A stretch of 63,697 nucleotides of DNA, the filler included, from Octopus bimaculoides (Eukaryota), in assembly GCF_001194135.2 (NCBI RefSeq). It is 7 parts of 7 records of this genome, joined end to end, with 100 filler letters (N's around TTAATTAATTAA, not from the genome) between each part and the next. Parts side by side here need not be neighbours in the genome. Positions count along the whole stretch, not along the records: positions 1 to 27,490 come from NC_068993.1; 6 more parts are not named here. The stretch is one strand, 5' to 3'. Positions within the stretch are counted from its first letter, which is position 1; each line of letters begins with the position of its first letter. A program made the position numbers and the translations under genes. Below are positions 1 to 15,711 of the stretch, piece by piece. The notes under the pieces are model-generated. The model was not told the DNA's origin, did not search any database, and was given only the letters and a program-made list of their open reading frames with translations.

Positions 1-31
<31 letters not shown>

Positions 32-1505
32 GTATGTGTGTATGTATGTATCTATGTATCTATGCGTGTATGATAGTGCATAAGCTCACTGTGAAGGTCC
101 AATTTCGAGTAAATGTCCTGAAACATGTAGGTATGGATGGATCAGTGTGTTCATGGAGGTATGATTCAAGACATGTAAACTGATTGCTGAGGTGTTGGGC
201 TCAAAGTGATGAGTTCGATTTCAAAGACATGATATACCAGCTTGGGTTTTTTTTAATATTTGCCTTTTGTAATTTTTATATGGCATAATATGCTCTGCTA
301 CAATGAATAATAGCAAAACGCACCGTTCTTTCCCCATGTACATTCAATTGTATATTTGTACATTACTAAATACATGCTTTAGACAAAGTTGTGTAGTACG
401 ACTAAGATAGCCTGTAATTACATACATGTTTACAATGCAGATGTATATGTATTTGTGAGTATGTGTGAATGTTTGCAAGTATGCATATATATATGTATAT
501 ACTGTAGTAAAAATGCGATGTTGTGCCAAAAACAGACATTATTTGCTAGCCGAAGGATTACTGAATCTTTTGATACCTCATAAGTCAAAATCTACAACTC
601 ACATTCAAATCGCACACAGCCAAATAAAATATCTTTATTGCGCAACAGCACTTTTTTACTACAAAAATAACCTCAAAAACGAGGTCGTGTCGCACAATTT
701 TGAGGTAATTTTGGGCAATATTTGGATTTGCTTCTAATCTATGTTGCAATTTTAATGTTTCTGGTGTCAGAAAATGCAGCAATGTACAAGGTCTTTTATG
801 TGTGCATTTTCGATGCATAAAACTCTATATGTCTAGAGAAAATGACCAAATAACATGCTTTTTTGGAACACTTATTGGTGCATCTTCCATGAAGAATGGT
901 CTTTGTGCCACAACCACACTGCCAATGTAAACGTCTTCAGTATTCTATGGTTAAACAATATCTTTGAAGTATTGTGATGTAATTCCGTTGTACAAAGCCC
1001 TATTCTTCAACAGAAAATTGAAAATGAACCGTGTTTCTGGAATAATTCCGACCGCTTCAGGCATTGTTACCGAAAAGAATTTGTTCATGTAAATTTTCCT
1101 GGTAGGAAGCCACTCAGGATGTGTGTGCATAGTTATATAAATATATATTCATGAATACAGATTTACATATATACATATATATATATACACACACATGCAT
1201 GTACAAACATTATATATACATGTATGTATGTATATACATATCTTGTTATTATTCACTTACATGTATTTATATGCAGACAAATATCTACCTACACATATAC
1301 ATACACACACATAAACACATACATATATATATATGCACGTATTTATACATACATATACATATGTGCATACATGCATATATAGATACACAAAGGCACATTT
1401 ATATATGTGACTGTGCTCCAGCATGATCACGACTGCATGAATGAAAGAGTAAAAAAGTAAAACAGTATAAATACATACATATATATATTATATAAATATA
1501 TGTAC

Positions 1506-1558
<53 letters not shown>

Positions 1559-2005
1559 CATGTGTAATATCTATTGTTGTATGAAATAGAAGTGAGGAGA
1601 TATCACCATCATGTTTCTGATATGTTGTTTTCCAATCTCTCCTGTCTTTCTGTTTTCCCTATGAATCTAAACCTGCCACATCAAAAGTGTTTCTCACCCT
1701 TGTACTTATTTATCTTATGCTTATTATTTATCTTATCTATATTTTCTTGTCCCAGATATTTGGACTACGGGCATGCTGCAATACCACCTTGAAGTATTTT
1801 AGTCGAACTAATCGTAACTAGAATTTATATCTTTAAAACCTTGTATTTACTCCATAAGCCTCTCATGAAGAAACGTTAAGTGACTGGGATGTAAGCACAA
1901 ACCGACATTGGTTATCAAACACTGGTGAGAGACAAAGACAAATACATAGATGTGCACACGCTTGCGTGCGCACATACTCACGCACACTATCACACACAGA
2001 TACAC

Positions 2006-2045
<40 letters not shown>

Positions 2046-3339
2046 NNNNNNNNNNNNNNNNNNNNNNNNNNNNNNNNNNNNNNNNNNNNNNNNNNNNNNN
2101 NNNNNNNNNNNNNNNNNNNNNNNNNNNNNNNNNNNNNNNNNNNNNNNNNNNNNNNNNNNNNNNNNNNNNNNNNNNNNNNNNNNNNNNNNNNNNNNNNNNN
2201 NNNNNNNNNNNNNNNNNNNNNNNNNNNNNNNNNNNNNNNNNNNNNNNNNNNNNNNNNNNNNNNNNNNNNNNNNNNNNNNNNNNNNNNNNNNNNNNNNNNN
2301 NNNNNNNNNNNNNNNNNNNNNNNNNNNNNNNNNNNNNNNNNNNNNNNNNNNNNNNNNNNNNNNNNNNNNNNNNNNNNNNNNNNNNNNNNNNNNNNNNNNN
2401 NNNNNNNNNNNNNNNNNNNNNNNNNNNNNNNNNNNNNNNNNNNNNNNNNNNNNNNNNNNNNNNNNNNNNNNNNNNNNNNNNNNNNNNNNNNNNNNNNNNN
2501 NNNNNNNNNNNNNNNNNNNNNNNNNNNNNNNNNNNNNNNNNNNNNNNNNNNNNNNNNNNNNNNNNNNNNNNNNNNNNNNNNNNNNNNNNNNNNNNNNNNN
2601 NNNNNNNNNNNNNNNNNNNNNNNNNNNNNNNNNNNNNNNNNNNNNNNNNNNNNNNNNNNNNNNNNNNNNNNNNNNNNNNNNNNNNNNNNNNNNNNNNNNN
2701 NNNNNNNNNNNNNNNNNNNNNNNNNNNNNNNNNNNNNNNNNNNNNNNNNNNNNNNNNNNNNNNNNNNNNNNNNNNNNNNNNNNNNNNNNNNNNNNNNNNN
2801 NNNNNNNNNNNNNNNNNNNNNNNNNNNNNNNNNNNNNNNNNNNNNNNTATATATATATATATATATGCATGTATGTTTGTATGTATGTACGTATACATGT
2901 ATGTATATATATAGATAGACACACAGATTCATAGATAGATAGATAGATAGACAGAAATACACATGCTCAGATGCATATTTACATACATATGATAATAGAA
3001 TAGAAAGGCTGTACTCTAAATTATTCAATATCTTTGGCAGACGGAATAACTAAGAGAAAGGAAAGGGGTTGGCAACCACTGTAACAGCAGACAGCCACGT
3101 GATGTATTGGAGACAATTAAGAAATAAATAGTATTTGAAAAATTCTTGGAACAGGTGCTGTAATGCAGCAGAGATCTTGTAGACGGTTGCCTTGGGTAAC
3201 AGTCTTTGTGATTGACGAATGAGATTATGAAGGGAGTAGACAGACAAACAGACAGACAAATAGAAGGAAAAATAAAAGAAAAACAAAAACAAAAAGAAGT
3301 ACATTAATTAATTCAATAAAAATAAGAAGACAATACAAA

Positions 3340-3783
3340 ACAACGACGACAATAACAATTCCATTAAGAAAAATAACAACAGCAGCAAAGACGACGAAGA
3401 CGACGAGGACGAGGACGACAACATCAATAACAACAAGAATTCTATGAAGGAAACTTAACAGCAGCAGCGACAAAATCAACGCCAACAACAACAATAACAA
3501 GAATTTATCAGGACAAATAACAGCAACAACAACAGCAGCAACGGTGATAATGACAACTAACAAGAATTTGGTTTATGGTAAGGTGTCACTTATTACCATA
3601 ATTTTGGGAAAAGTCCTCTCCGCTGCATCTCACTGCCTGATTTACAGGCTTCTGTATCTTGACGTTGACAGCAAAAATTCGCCATTTTACATTTCAGTTG
3701 GCCAATATTCCTCTGGTTCTTTTTTTCTTTTTTTCTTTTTATAATTGTTACTATTGTCAAGGAAAATGTTTTTTTGCTTTATT

Positions 3784-3815
<32 letters not shown>

Positions 3816-3966
3816 NNNNNNNNNNNNNNNNNNNNNNNNNNNNNGTGTATCATTTCATGATTTGTCTTTTGGGGGGGGGCTGATTTTAATTTTGCTTTCG
3901 TGTTTTTTTTTTGGGGGGGTGCTGGCAATTAAAGAATGAGTTACTACTATTGTTACTATTGCTGCA

Positions 3967-3998
<32 letters not shown>

Positions 3999-4343
3999 AA
4001 CTGCTACTATCACCACTAACACCATCACCTCTACTACTGTAACTACTAATACCCCCGCCAACAACGCTACTACAGCAACTACTACTACAATCACCACAAC
4101 CATCATCACCACAACCACTACTAATTCTACTACTAATGCTATCACCACCACAACCACAACCAACATTACCACCACCAGTAATACTACTACTCTCTCTATC
4201 ACCACCACTACTATTATTATCACCACCGCTATAACGACTACTACCACTACCAACACCAACTCTACCATTACTACTATTTCTACTTCTAAAATGACGACGG
4301 GATGATGACGACGACTAGTACTACCACTACTACAATTTTTACG

Positions 4344-4410
<67 letters not shown>
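3340..4410. repeat. Degenerate trinucleotide simple repeats (AAC/GAC/CTG/CAC/TTA)
   Basis: Directly visible; produces the poly-V, poly-L and poly-I pseudo-ORFs. Confidence 0.95.
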
Positions 4411-4414
<4 letters not shown>

Positions 4415-4416
4415 AA

Positions 4417-4826
4417 GGCGGTGAGCTGGCAGAATCGTTAGCACGCTTGACGGAATGTGCAGCGGTATTTCGCCCATCACTACGTACTCAGTTCAAATTC
4501 CGCCGATGACGACCTTGCATATCATCCTTTCGAGGTCGATAAATTAAGTATCCGTGAAAGTCTGGGATCGATGTAATCGACTAGTCCCCTCTCCTCAAAT
4601 TTCAGGCGGCTAGCTGGCCGAATCGTTAACACACCGGAGTAAATGATTGGCAGTATTTCGCCCATCTTTACGATCTGAGTTCAAATTTTACCGAGGTCGA
4701 CCTTGCCTTTCCGCTTTTTCGGGTTCGATAAAATAAGTGTCATTTTAAAACTGGGGTCAATATCATATAATCGACTCACCATCTCTCCACGAAATTGCTG
4801 GCCTTGTGACAAAATTCGAAACCAAT
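4417..4826 (+). mobile_element. Two head-to-tail tRNA-SINEs (family 1, Meta/MESC-like core)
   Basis: GGCGG.GAGCTGGCAGAATCGTTAGC head, GAGTTCAAAT B box, and core GAGGTCGAC(T/C)TTGCCTTTCATCCTTTCG.GGTCGATAAA.TAAGTACCAG. The Meta/MESC assignment is from memory. The second copy starts at about 4605. Confidence 0.85.
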
Positions 4827-5290
4827 ATCATCGTACTCATCATCACCATCATGATCATCATCGTCACCATTGATCGCACCATCATCATCATCATGGTTTA
4901 CTTCAGCATATCATTTATTATTATTGTCAATATTATTGTTATTATTATCGTTATTAATGTTATCAATACTATTTCCGGTTATATAATTGCCATTCATTTT
5001 ATTATTATTATTTTTGTACGTGTCACTATCATCATCATCGTTATCAACTTCATCATCTTGTCTTAATAATTCAATTAATATAAATTAATATGATTACTAT
5101 TAGAATTAGTCTAATTAAAATTCTGCCCCTGTGGCAAATAAATACACATTTTTTTGTGATAATTAACATGTTAAAATAGTTATTATTCTTGTTATAATTA
5201 TTTTCATAATTTTAACCATGATAAATTTTATATGCAGTAGCAGTGGTGGAGGAGGTGGTCGTAGTTGTAGCGTTAGTGTTGGTGGTGATT

Positions 5291-5353
<63 letters not shown>

Positions 5354-5474
5354 ATTAATATGTTGATGTTAGAGTTCTGAAGTATTTTGTGCATAGTGTT
5401 AAAAAATTATCTTGGGCTTCATCCTCATCCTCATCGTCCTCACCATCATCATCATAATATTGATTATATTTAAA

Positions 5475-5690
5475 GGCCGCGAGCTGGCAGAAACGTTAGC
5501 ACGCTGGGCGAAGTGCTTAGCGGTATTTCTTCTGTCTTTTCGTTCTGAGATCAAATTCCGCCGAAGTCGACTTTGCCTTTCATCCTTTCGGGGACGATAA
5601 ATTAAATACCAGTTGCGTACTAGGGTCGATCTAATCGTCTGCTACCCCCTCCCCCAAAATTTCGGGCCTCATTCCGAGAGAAGAAAACAA
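5475..5690 (+). mobile_element. tRNA-SINE family 1
   Basis: Near-consensus head, B box and core. Confidence 0.9.
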
Positions 5691-5964
5691 TACTAATTAT
5701 AAGTACTATCATCATTATTAGTTTTATTACTATTATCAATTGGTATTATTAACAGAGAGGGGAATCTGTGGAAATATAATGAACTCTAAATGTTATTTTC
5801 TTTTGTGTTGTATATTTTCATGCACAAATAATTTTATTTGAAATAAATTATTTCGTTATGCTAAAAATTCCAAATCTTTACTTATCGTTTCATAAATAAA
5901 ATTGTTCAAAAACGTGTCACTCGAACATCTACACTATGTTACTGAGTAACTAGTAGAGTAATTC

Positions 5965-6370
5965 TTTCTCCTAAAATACAAGGCCTGAAATTTGATGGAA
6001 GAGATTAGTCAATTACGTGGCCCACAATACACAGTTGATATTTATTTTTTCAACCCGGAAAGAATGAAGGACAAACACGACCTCAGGAGAATTTGGACTT
6101 AGCTGGAAGAATGTCACGAAGCATATTGTCAAACACGCTAACAGTTCTGTCATCTCAATCCGTATTTTTCGAAATAATCTTTTCGACTATTGCCACAATG
6201 CCTGAAATTTTAATGGAGGCGGCTAATCGATTGAATTGACTCCAGTGATTGATTAGAACCTGTTTTATTGACCCCGAAAGGATCACTAGTAAAATCGACT
6301 TTGGTGGTATTTAAACTCAGAATGTGAAACTGAAAGAAATGTTTTAAGCATTTTACTCAATCTTGCAGCC
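5965..6370 (-). mobile_element. Two degenerate family-1 SINE copies
   Basis: Reverse-complement core fragments (TTTATTGACCCCGAAAGGAT...AAAATCGACTTTGGTGG). Confidence 0.65.
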
Positions 6371-9300
6371 ATTAAAACGTAGCAGAATTATATACATTAT
6401 TATTAATTTCAGGGGTCACAGAATAATCCCTATTATAAATGTTCGAATTTCTATAAATTTCTATAGATTATATAGACTTGCTCGTTGTTGTTTGTGCTAA
6501 ACATATTCGTTTTGCCTTCGATTTCGTTCAATAGTTCAGGTCGTTTACAGCGTAACACATGCATATATGTATGAAGACACTTAATGAAATGTAAGATAAT
6601 ATTGTAGATATTACTAATTCAAATTACTGTGCAAACGAGTGCATGAAAAATAACCACCACAGCGACAACAATTACTAGAATAGGAGCATACAGATCATCT
6701 TCTTATCTGCACTGTTCTCTTGAAGGTAAACAGTGCAAATTAAGGTAAGAGAACATGACTGTGTGCAGTGGAGCAGGATTTCCCGGTAGCTTTCTTTGTA
6801 GACTAAACAGCGTTTTCCAATTTCTGTTTTGTAATCCTGCTTGGCCATATTTGGAGGGGATTACCTCAATATAGGGAACTTGCGTCGGTTCCGAAGGAAG
6901 GGAACTTAGATCAATCAGCATAAATGAAATAGCTACTAGTGAGACCATAAGCTTCGATACTCTCCATGCCTCTCTGCGTATTTGCAATAGTGAATTTCGG
7001 AAAATACTGGGATTGCCAGAGTAAGACGTTTCTCCAGTACCCTGGTATTGTTGTTTCTGGTCACGAACAACAGTAATTTGAGTTTTGCAAGCTTTATTCT
7101 CCGACTGTGGCTGGCAAAGCTAAGATTCTTCAGGCGTCTTGAGTTGTTGTTCGGAGCATCCATTGTTGGAGTAGACGATACTACATGTCTGTATTTAGAT
7201 GGTGATAAGGCTGGGTGTTAGCAGTCTGAGTTGGCTTTCCTTTCCTTCGCTTTCTTCTTACATTTTTAAAAGAGGTAACCCACAACGCAAGAGTTATTTG
7301 CACTCAACGTCGGCCAACTGGTAAAGACAACAGTTATATTACCTCTAATTTTCTGTCTGACTGCATTAATCATTAACTGGTGAAAATGTATGTTTTCTGC
7401 AAAACTTTTCAGAAAGTTAAGGCTCTTTTGCATTATTACTGTGATTCATAATATACCCCGTTATATAATTTGGTGTTCACGTCGAATAAAAATTAATTAT
7501 TTTTCAATCTAAGATGTTATCATCTGAGAAAGTCTGCGTTCTTGCAATTAACCGTTCATTTCCGAGCTATTTCAATGTAAGCTTTGAAAAGTAGACTTTT
7601 GATACTATCAATTACTGAATACTTCCAACTTAAGTAAAGTTTGCGCATTGCTACAACGCTAATTGGTGTCCTTGTCTAAAAGCATTTCTAGTGTCTGCCA
7701 TGTCACATCCAACATTTCAGTAATCTGTAACAATACGATGTTCACTTCAGAGACTGTATATGTGATTGGTGTTGGTGGTGTTGGCGTTGGTGGTGGTGGT
7801 AGTGGTGGTGGTGGTGTAGGGATTCAGTATTACTTAAGTCGTTAATTCTTTGATTTTTATATTTACTTTCTTTTTGCAGGTTTTGTTTCAAAACTTATCA
7901 GCTCTCTGTCTTTCAGTAGTTATGGAGTTATTACTTAAAATACTAGACATCATTTGTAATTGTAGCATTATCAATAAAGATTAATACAAGATATTGTACA
8001 GCAAGAAAACTACAGGATCGTCTCTTTCTGTCTGTCTAGCAATCTTCTTATAGAGATTTATTTATTACATAACCCATCAGAACGTTCATCTGCATTTGAC
8101 GCCCACAAAATAACGTGCAGTGGCTGATGTTATAGAGACAGGCGCTAAACCTAACACCTCGGTATATACTCCTAAATGAAAACAGCGTTGAAGCGGCTGG
8201 CTCGCCGTCTGTGTGTGAGACACGTCTTTCAGAATGTCATCACTTTGACGAAAGTGGAGTTCTGGATCAAACATAGAACGTAATTGGGCCTATGATATTT
8301 GGCACGATGCAAGACGCTTATTCCTTTCTACCAGCCAGACAATACGATATAACTGATAGAAAAGCTGAAAAGCCAACCCTTTCAATCTAACGTGAGTTAA
8401 CGGACATTATTTCAAATAATAGATTGGGAACGATGTGAGTAGTATTTTCTATTACAGACCGATAGGGTAGTATGGCTAATTTCTAGGCATCATTGGCTCA
8501 GTGTAGAGAGCATCGCTTGTTCAGAATAATATTGTCTACAGGCATGGTCGCGTTGAAGACGCCAAAAACCGAAGATGACCGAGGTGCAAACGGGAGTAAA
8601 CGACCGAGTTGAAGATATATCATACCCAGTTTTTATGACATGCTAGACTGAAACAATTACCAACTGAATTTATTGTGAAAACCGAATCAGCGTCTTCCTT
8701 TGCTAGGTGAAACATCAGATAGTCTAGTATTGTGCAGTAGTTATTGGCTAAAGATGCAGTTGAAAAGCTTGAAGATAAAGGGCTTTCTTTCAGTCTTATT
8801 GACTTATTGAAATAAAAGTGAAAAAGGAAAGTACGGTTAAAAACGATGGTGTTAGTGTTTTATTAAAGATGGGTAACAGTGATGATATTGGCGTGTTTAA
8901 ACAGAGCACATAACTTAAGAGCAGACGAGAGCGCGGAAGACATTACAGGAAAAGACACTTGACATTGGTTAACCCAGCGTTATGTACACAGGGATTGGAA
9001 ATCTCTGAAAATCTTTGTAATTGTTCTGCATTTAGTATTTAGTATTTAGTTATTTTTACGTAATATACTAATGATAATTAATATTATTCATTTACTAATC
9101 TCTCGTTAATACTATTAAGTTGGTTTCATACTATTACAAAATGTGACCCCTCCCACACACACACCGTTTCTTGTATGTTATATTCTTATCTATTTCGCAT
9201 ATTTGCTGTCTCCTACATATCGGGTCCGCCTCAGCAATAAACGAAAGCATCATCATCATCATCATCATCATTATTGTTGATATTATTGTTGATGCTGTAT

Positions 9301-9618
9301 TTTGGGAAAACAAAGACTAAATCAAGTTTATCTGTCTCTGTCCGTCTGTCTGCCTGCCTATTTGTCTGTCTTCTAATTGTATCGCATCTGTACGTGTGTA
9401 TGTGTGTGTATGTGTGTGTGTGTGTGTGCGTGTGTGTACCTTAATATGTATGTATGTGTACACATGTGTATGTGTTTATGCGTGCTGATGTCTACCGAAT
9501 ATGTGTATATTGTTCTAGGATTACACGCAAACATACACACTCAAGCATTCGTACATAAATAAGCACGAATATACGTATATGTATACATACACATATGTAC
9601 ACGCACGCACACACAAAC

Positions 9619-9666
<48 letters not shown>

Positions 9667-10194
9667 GCACGCATCATACATGCGTGTGTATGTGTGTGCC
9701 TACGAGAAGCTGTATGCGAGATGTGTGTGGCTGTCAATGGTGGCCTTAGCGGAGGACTCATATAAAATTCTTCGCATAGAAATTGCAATGCCAAGATTTC
9801 AGCCTGTCATCAGAGACTGCCTTCTTAATTAGTATAGATGTCTGCAACGAAAGAAAGGGATGTAAGCCTGACAAAAGTTTTAAATTGAACTGAGAACGCT
9901 GTATAGACTAATGGGCCTCCAGGGAACAGTGCATATCTCGCAGGGCAGATGTATGTCTCCCAAACTACATTGGGCCACACTCATACACAGAAAAACACAT
10001 ACATGCATGCATACATACATACATGCATACGTACTTGCATACATACATGTAGTAAATATATAAATACATATACACGTACTCGAGCGCATATATATATGTA
10101 CATAGATTTGCAGAAAGATAGATATACACATATAGTAAATGTAGATAGATAAGTAGATTGATGGATAGAAATACAGAACGATCAGGTTAGACAG

Positions 10195-10203
10195 ATAGAT
10201 AGG

Positions 10204-10262
<59 letters not shown>

Positions 10263-10334
10263 GCAGCAGTAGTAGTTACAGATCGGGAAACTGAGAAAAC
10301 TGTTAAGTGTAAAAATACAAACACATCTCTCTCT

Positions 10335-10381
<47 letters not shown>

Positions 10382-10437
10382 TTATCTATCTATCTTTACA
10401 TATATATGTATATAGTTCTATTCATGCAGTGCTCTTC

Positions 10438-10480
<43 letters not shown>
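10195..10480. repeat. (GATA)n and (CT)n microsatellites
   Basis: Directly visible. Confidence 0.95.
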
Positions 10481-10485
<5 letters not shown>

Positions 10486-11466
10486 ATGTATATATGTAGG
10501 GAGAGAGAGAGAGAGACAAACAGACAGAGACAGAGACAGAGGAAGAAGGATGGAGAGAGAGAGAGATTATATCTTTGTATAATATCATGTTATATCAATA
10601 GGTTATATCAAATGCATATATGTATCTATGAATATACCTGTATTGATTTGAATGTCTGTGTTCATCTGCTTGAGACGGTGATCGATGGATCAATAAATAC
10701 CTAGATTTTAAAGGAATGAGAACTAGAAAGACATGAACATATGGTTTATTTTCACATTATTCTTAGAAATTTGAATATATTCTTCTTACAGCTACACAGT
10801 TGTATCTATAAACACATGTACGTCTCAGAATTTTGAAGACCTATTCATATCCATTATTATCAGAACAAGCAGCAAAGGTACTTCATTTTTCAATTATAGA
10901 AATTTTAATTAATTTATTTATTCATTCATTCATGTTATATATTTGGTGACGGTGAAACATCATTAAATAATCGATGACCAATTCTAGTCCAAATAAAGAA
11001 AGGGAGACAAACACTGAATTTAAATAAAGTCCATTTACTCTAAAATTATATTCGGTTTGAAGTGAGTCTGATCTTTGTTATATAATAACAATACTTGAGA
11101 GATTTCGTTTTCATAAGACAACATCCGTGAATTTCATTTTACTTGCTATTTTCATATATAAAATTCTCAGGATATTTAACACTAATAGAAAGGGGTAGAC
11201 TGTGTCACTGATGATGTCGAATATGGCGTAAAAATTTCTCTGTTGAAGACAAGACTGAAACTCTAATTCACAGCATTTTTAGTTAATTTTTATGAATAAT
11301 AAAATCCGAAATTGCCTCCCTTGAAATTTTTGAAAACATATAATCATTTAGTAAATATTTTTGAAAAGGTGAGCTTATAGTATCGTGAATTCTATGCATA
11401 AAAATATATATGTCTTTGGTAAAACTGTCGGAGACAAATGCACAAAGATACATGCTTGCATGCGCG

Positions 11467-11517
<51 letters not shown>

Positions 11518-11899
11518 ATATCACACACTTGTCTACATGAATAGCGACATGAAGCACTACCAAAGACAAGATGGAAGCGACTATTTTTAATTTGGTTTAA
11601 TTAGTTTAATTTGGTTTAATTAGTATCGAGATGGCCTTATTTGAATTTCTTTTTACAATAATCATTTATTTAATACTTTTACTCATCATCATTAAGGATA
11701 CATTTTTAATGAATTTAATTAATGATTCGTAACAATAAGTATATCTACGCCCACTTCACCTCTTCATTTTCATGCAGCAGTCGTCTCTGAGCTCACAATT
11801 ACACATACAAATACACATTCACACACTCATGTATGTATAAACTTTTTTCATCATCATAAAGATTCATAAACTTCCGAAAGTAAACCGATTTTTTGGAAC

Positions 11900-12045
11900 A
11901 GTGGAACTCGAAGCATATATAGTTATTCCTAGTAGCATATACAACCCGAGTTGAAAACCCTTTCGGATACAAAATATCAAACGCTTTGTGCACTTCGAGA
12001 TCCACTGTTTCTTATAAGATAATGCACATGTACAATTATATACAA
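11900..12045 (-). mobile_element. Possible Penelope-like endonuclease C-terminal remnant
   Basis: FDILYPKGFS resembles xDTLxPxGLN; heavily degraded. Confidence 0.3.
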
Positions 12046-12059
12046 ATATGACACAAGTA

Positions 12060-12094
<35 letters not shown>

Positions 12095-12348
12095 NNNNNN
12101 NNNNNNNNNNNNNNNNNNNNNNNNNNNNNNNNNNNNNNNNNNNNNNNNNNNNNNNNNNNNNNNNNNNNNNNNNNNNNNNNNNNNNNNNNNNNNNNNNNNN
12201 NNNNNNNNNNNNNNNNNNNNNNNNNNNNNNNNNNNNNNNNNNNNNNNNNNNNNNNNNNNNNNNNNNNNNNNNNNNNNNNNNNNNNNNNNNNNNNNNNNNN
12301 NNNNNNNNNNNNNNNNNNNNNNNNNNNNNNNNNNNNNNNNNNNNNNNN

Positions 12349-12381
<33 letters not shown>

Positions 12382-13059
12382 TATGACGGACTCTCCTGTC
12401 GAAGATGACGTATAAATGCTCAGCGTAACCGAACGACCTGCACAAATCCTTTGTTTATAGTATTCAAAAGTTTCTACTGCGTATTAGATCACTCTCTTCA
12501 TCAAATCGACGTTGTCTGAACAGGTACAAGGTGTATCAGGCGTCAGGTGTTCAAATGGACGCAGAGCAACGTGAGATAAAGTGTTTAGCTCAGGAATGCA
12601 ACGAATCATCTGGTCTAGGAAACTACGATCTCGCGATTATGGGTGCCGCTCCCCAACCAGTAGGGCATGCGCCTTCACATATACATATAACTAAAATTTT
12701 CGTGAATTATTATGGCTATCCTCCTCAAAACGCTTGCAATGCATCTTAATCGTGAATCCCTAAAATTTTAAGCGTTAAATATAAAGAGAACGTAGTTTAT
12801 TTAATAAGGTTGGTATTTATTTTAACTATATTAAGTAGTAATGAAACACGAAACAGGATCTGGAGGGATTGGGCGTAGATAGTTCAGACAAGTAATTTCA
12901 GGTCAACGTATCTTCTGATGCTCTTTCGGATGTAAATTTACGCCGTCATTCATTCGGAAGAAGGATATCGATAATTGGTCGTATACGTATTTTTATAATT
13001 ATGAATAATAGTAGCAGTGCTATTGGCGCACATTTATGCGTGTATATAAATGTATGAAT

Positions 13060-13171
<112 letters not shown>

Positions 13172-13551
13172 GCATGTGTGCATGCGTGTTTGTATGTGTA
13201 TGAGTGCTACGTTGCTAGACATATTTAGATGCAGATACTTGCATAAAACTCAGCTGAACACCCACATGCTTCCACACATTTATACATACACACACATACT
13301 GTCAGATACATACACATTCATATACACACACATACATATACATACTCACACTCGTATATGTTATGTTTAGAAAGAGAGCGATATAAAGTGCTTGAGGCAA
13401 AAATCTGTTTCAATTCTCTATTCTTTCTTTCTTCAATCGTCCTTGAAAAGTTTAGAGCATTTCTCATGCACACAAACTACGTACGTACACACAAGAGACA
13501 CAGGCACGCATCTATGGACGCTGTACACATGCATATACACTCAGATTTATA

Positions 13552-13615
<64 letters not shown>

Positions 13616-14062
13616 CAGCACATAGATAGAGGCACATATACAGATATGGACACATAGAATAGATACAAACATCTATCCAAAAAAGGAGGGGATTGGTGTT
13701 GATAGACATCTACGTTTCCTATGTTATTTATTCCATCATTCTTGCTAATAATATCGGAAGTGTAGACAATAAATATTATTTCATACTCTGCATAGTATTC
13801 TTCCTTCGTTTCCAACAGCAGTAATGCCCACTATTGAAATACTTATGATTTTATTTGCAATAACGATGTAATTAAAATAAAATTATTAATAACTTAAGGT
13901 ACACGTATTAACGAAATATGACGACGGTAGTAGTTACTATAAAGTCTCATAGAGAGCCTCTATGTATTTATTCGATATGCTAGAAGTAATAACTACACAG
14001 TCCAGTCTTTGACTGAGGTACGCTGGACAATGTGCTTCTGTAGTAGCAACAGCAGCAGCGGC

Positions 14063-14094
<32 letters not shown>

Positions 14095-14122
14095 CAGCAG
14101 CAGCAGCAGCAACATCAGCGGC

Positions 14123-14179
<57 letters not shown>

Positions 14180-14485
14180 AGTATATGCTAATGTCATTCT
14201 AAAATGACCATGTCCACAATCTAGAGGACATTATTATCATGCTTTTCTTTATTATATTATTATTATTTTCATCAGCAATAGTCTCATTATTTCTCAACGA
14301 CTCTACTAACAGCCTGCTCCTCACAGATTACAGACTCTTAGACATCCACATCTGCGCCCCAATTGAAACACATTTTGATCTCTTAAAAATATGCTTCAAA
14401 TATTTCCTTTTCTCTGGTGCCACTAAGACACTATGCAATGGATGTACTTCTTGGACAAATAATGCTTTGTTCTCTCTCTCGCTCG

Positions 14486-14539
<54 letters not shown>

Positions 14540-15664
14540 NNNNNNNNNNNNNNNNNNNNNNNNNNNNNNNNNNNNNNNNNNNNNNNNNNNNNNNNNNNNN
14601 NNNNNNNNNNNNNNNNNNNNNNNNNNCTCTCTCTCTCTCTCTCTCTCTCTCTCCTTTGGCTTTTTGCTGCACTCATTCCTCATTTCAATTTCAAATTTGT
14701 TCTTCCGTAGTTCTGTGAATTAGAAAAACTTTCAATTATTTCTTCAAATAACTTTTGAAATGAGCAAAGGATAAATTATGAAAATATCTCCCACACGAAT
14801 TGTATTAAAAAGTGGTTGTTTGTTCTTTGCGATTCTTCAAAGCTAAAGATTTGATGTCAATAAACAAACGTTCTTATATGCGCGGACACACACACGTACA
14901 CACACACGTACGCATACACATGCCCACAGATATATGAGTAGATGTGTGAGAGTATCAACCCACACATACATACACACACACATACACACACACACACACA
15001 TATATATATTTATATATATATTTATATATATACATACACATACGTATATATATATATATATATATATATANNNNNNNNNNNNNNNNNNNNNNNNNNNNNN
15101 NNNNNNNNNNNNNNNNNNNNNNNNNNNNNNNNNNNNNNNNNNNNNNNNNNNNNNNNNNNNNNNNNNNNNNNNNNNNNNNNNNNNNNNNNNNNNNNNNNNN
15201 NNNNNNNNNNNNNNNNNNNNNNNNNNNNNNNNNNNNNNNNNNNNNNNNNNNNNNNNNNNNNNNNNNNNNNNNNNNNNNNNNNNNNNNNNNNNNNNNNNNN
15301 NNNNNNNNNNNNNNNNNNNNNNNNNNNNNNNNNNNNNNNNNNNNNNNNNNNNNNNNNNNNNNNNNNNNNNNNNNNNNNNNNNNNNNNNNNNNNNNNNNNN
15401 NNNNNNNNNNNNNNNNNNNNNNNNNNNNNNNNNNNNNNNNNNNNNNNNNNNNNNNNNNNNNNNNNNNNNNNNNNNNNNNNNNNNNNNNNNNNNNNNNNNN
15501 NNNNNNNNNNNNNNNNNNNNNNNNNNNNNNNNNNNNNNNNNNNNNNNNNNNNNNNNNNNNNNNNNNNNNNNNNNNNNNNNNNNNNNNNNNNNNNNNNNNN
15601 NNNNNNNNNNNNNNNNNNNNNNNNNNNNNNNNNNNNNNNNNNNNNNNNNNNNNNNNNNNNNNNN

Positions 15665-15711
<47 letters not shown>

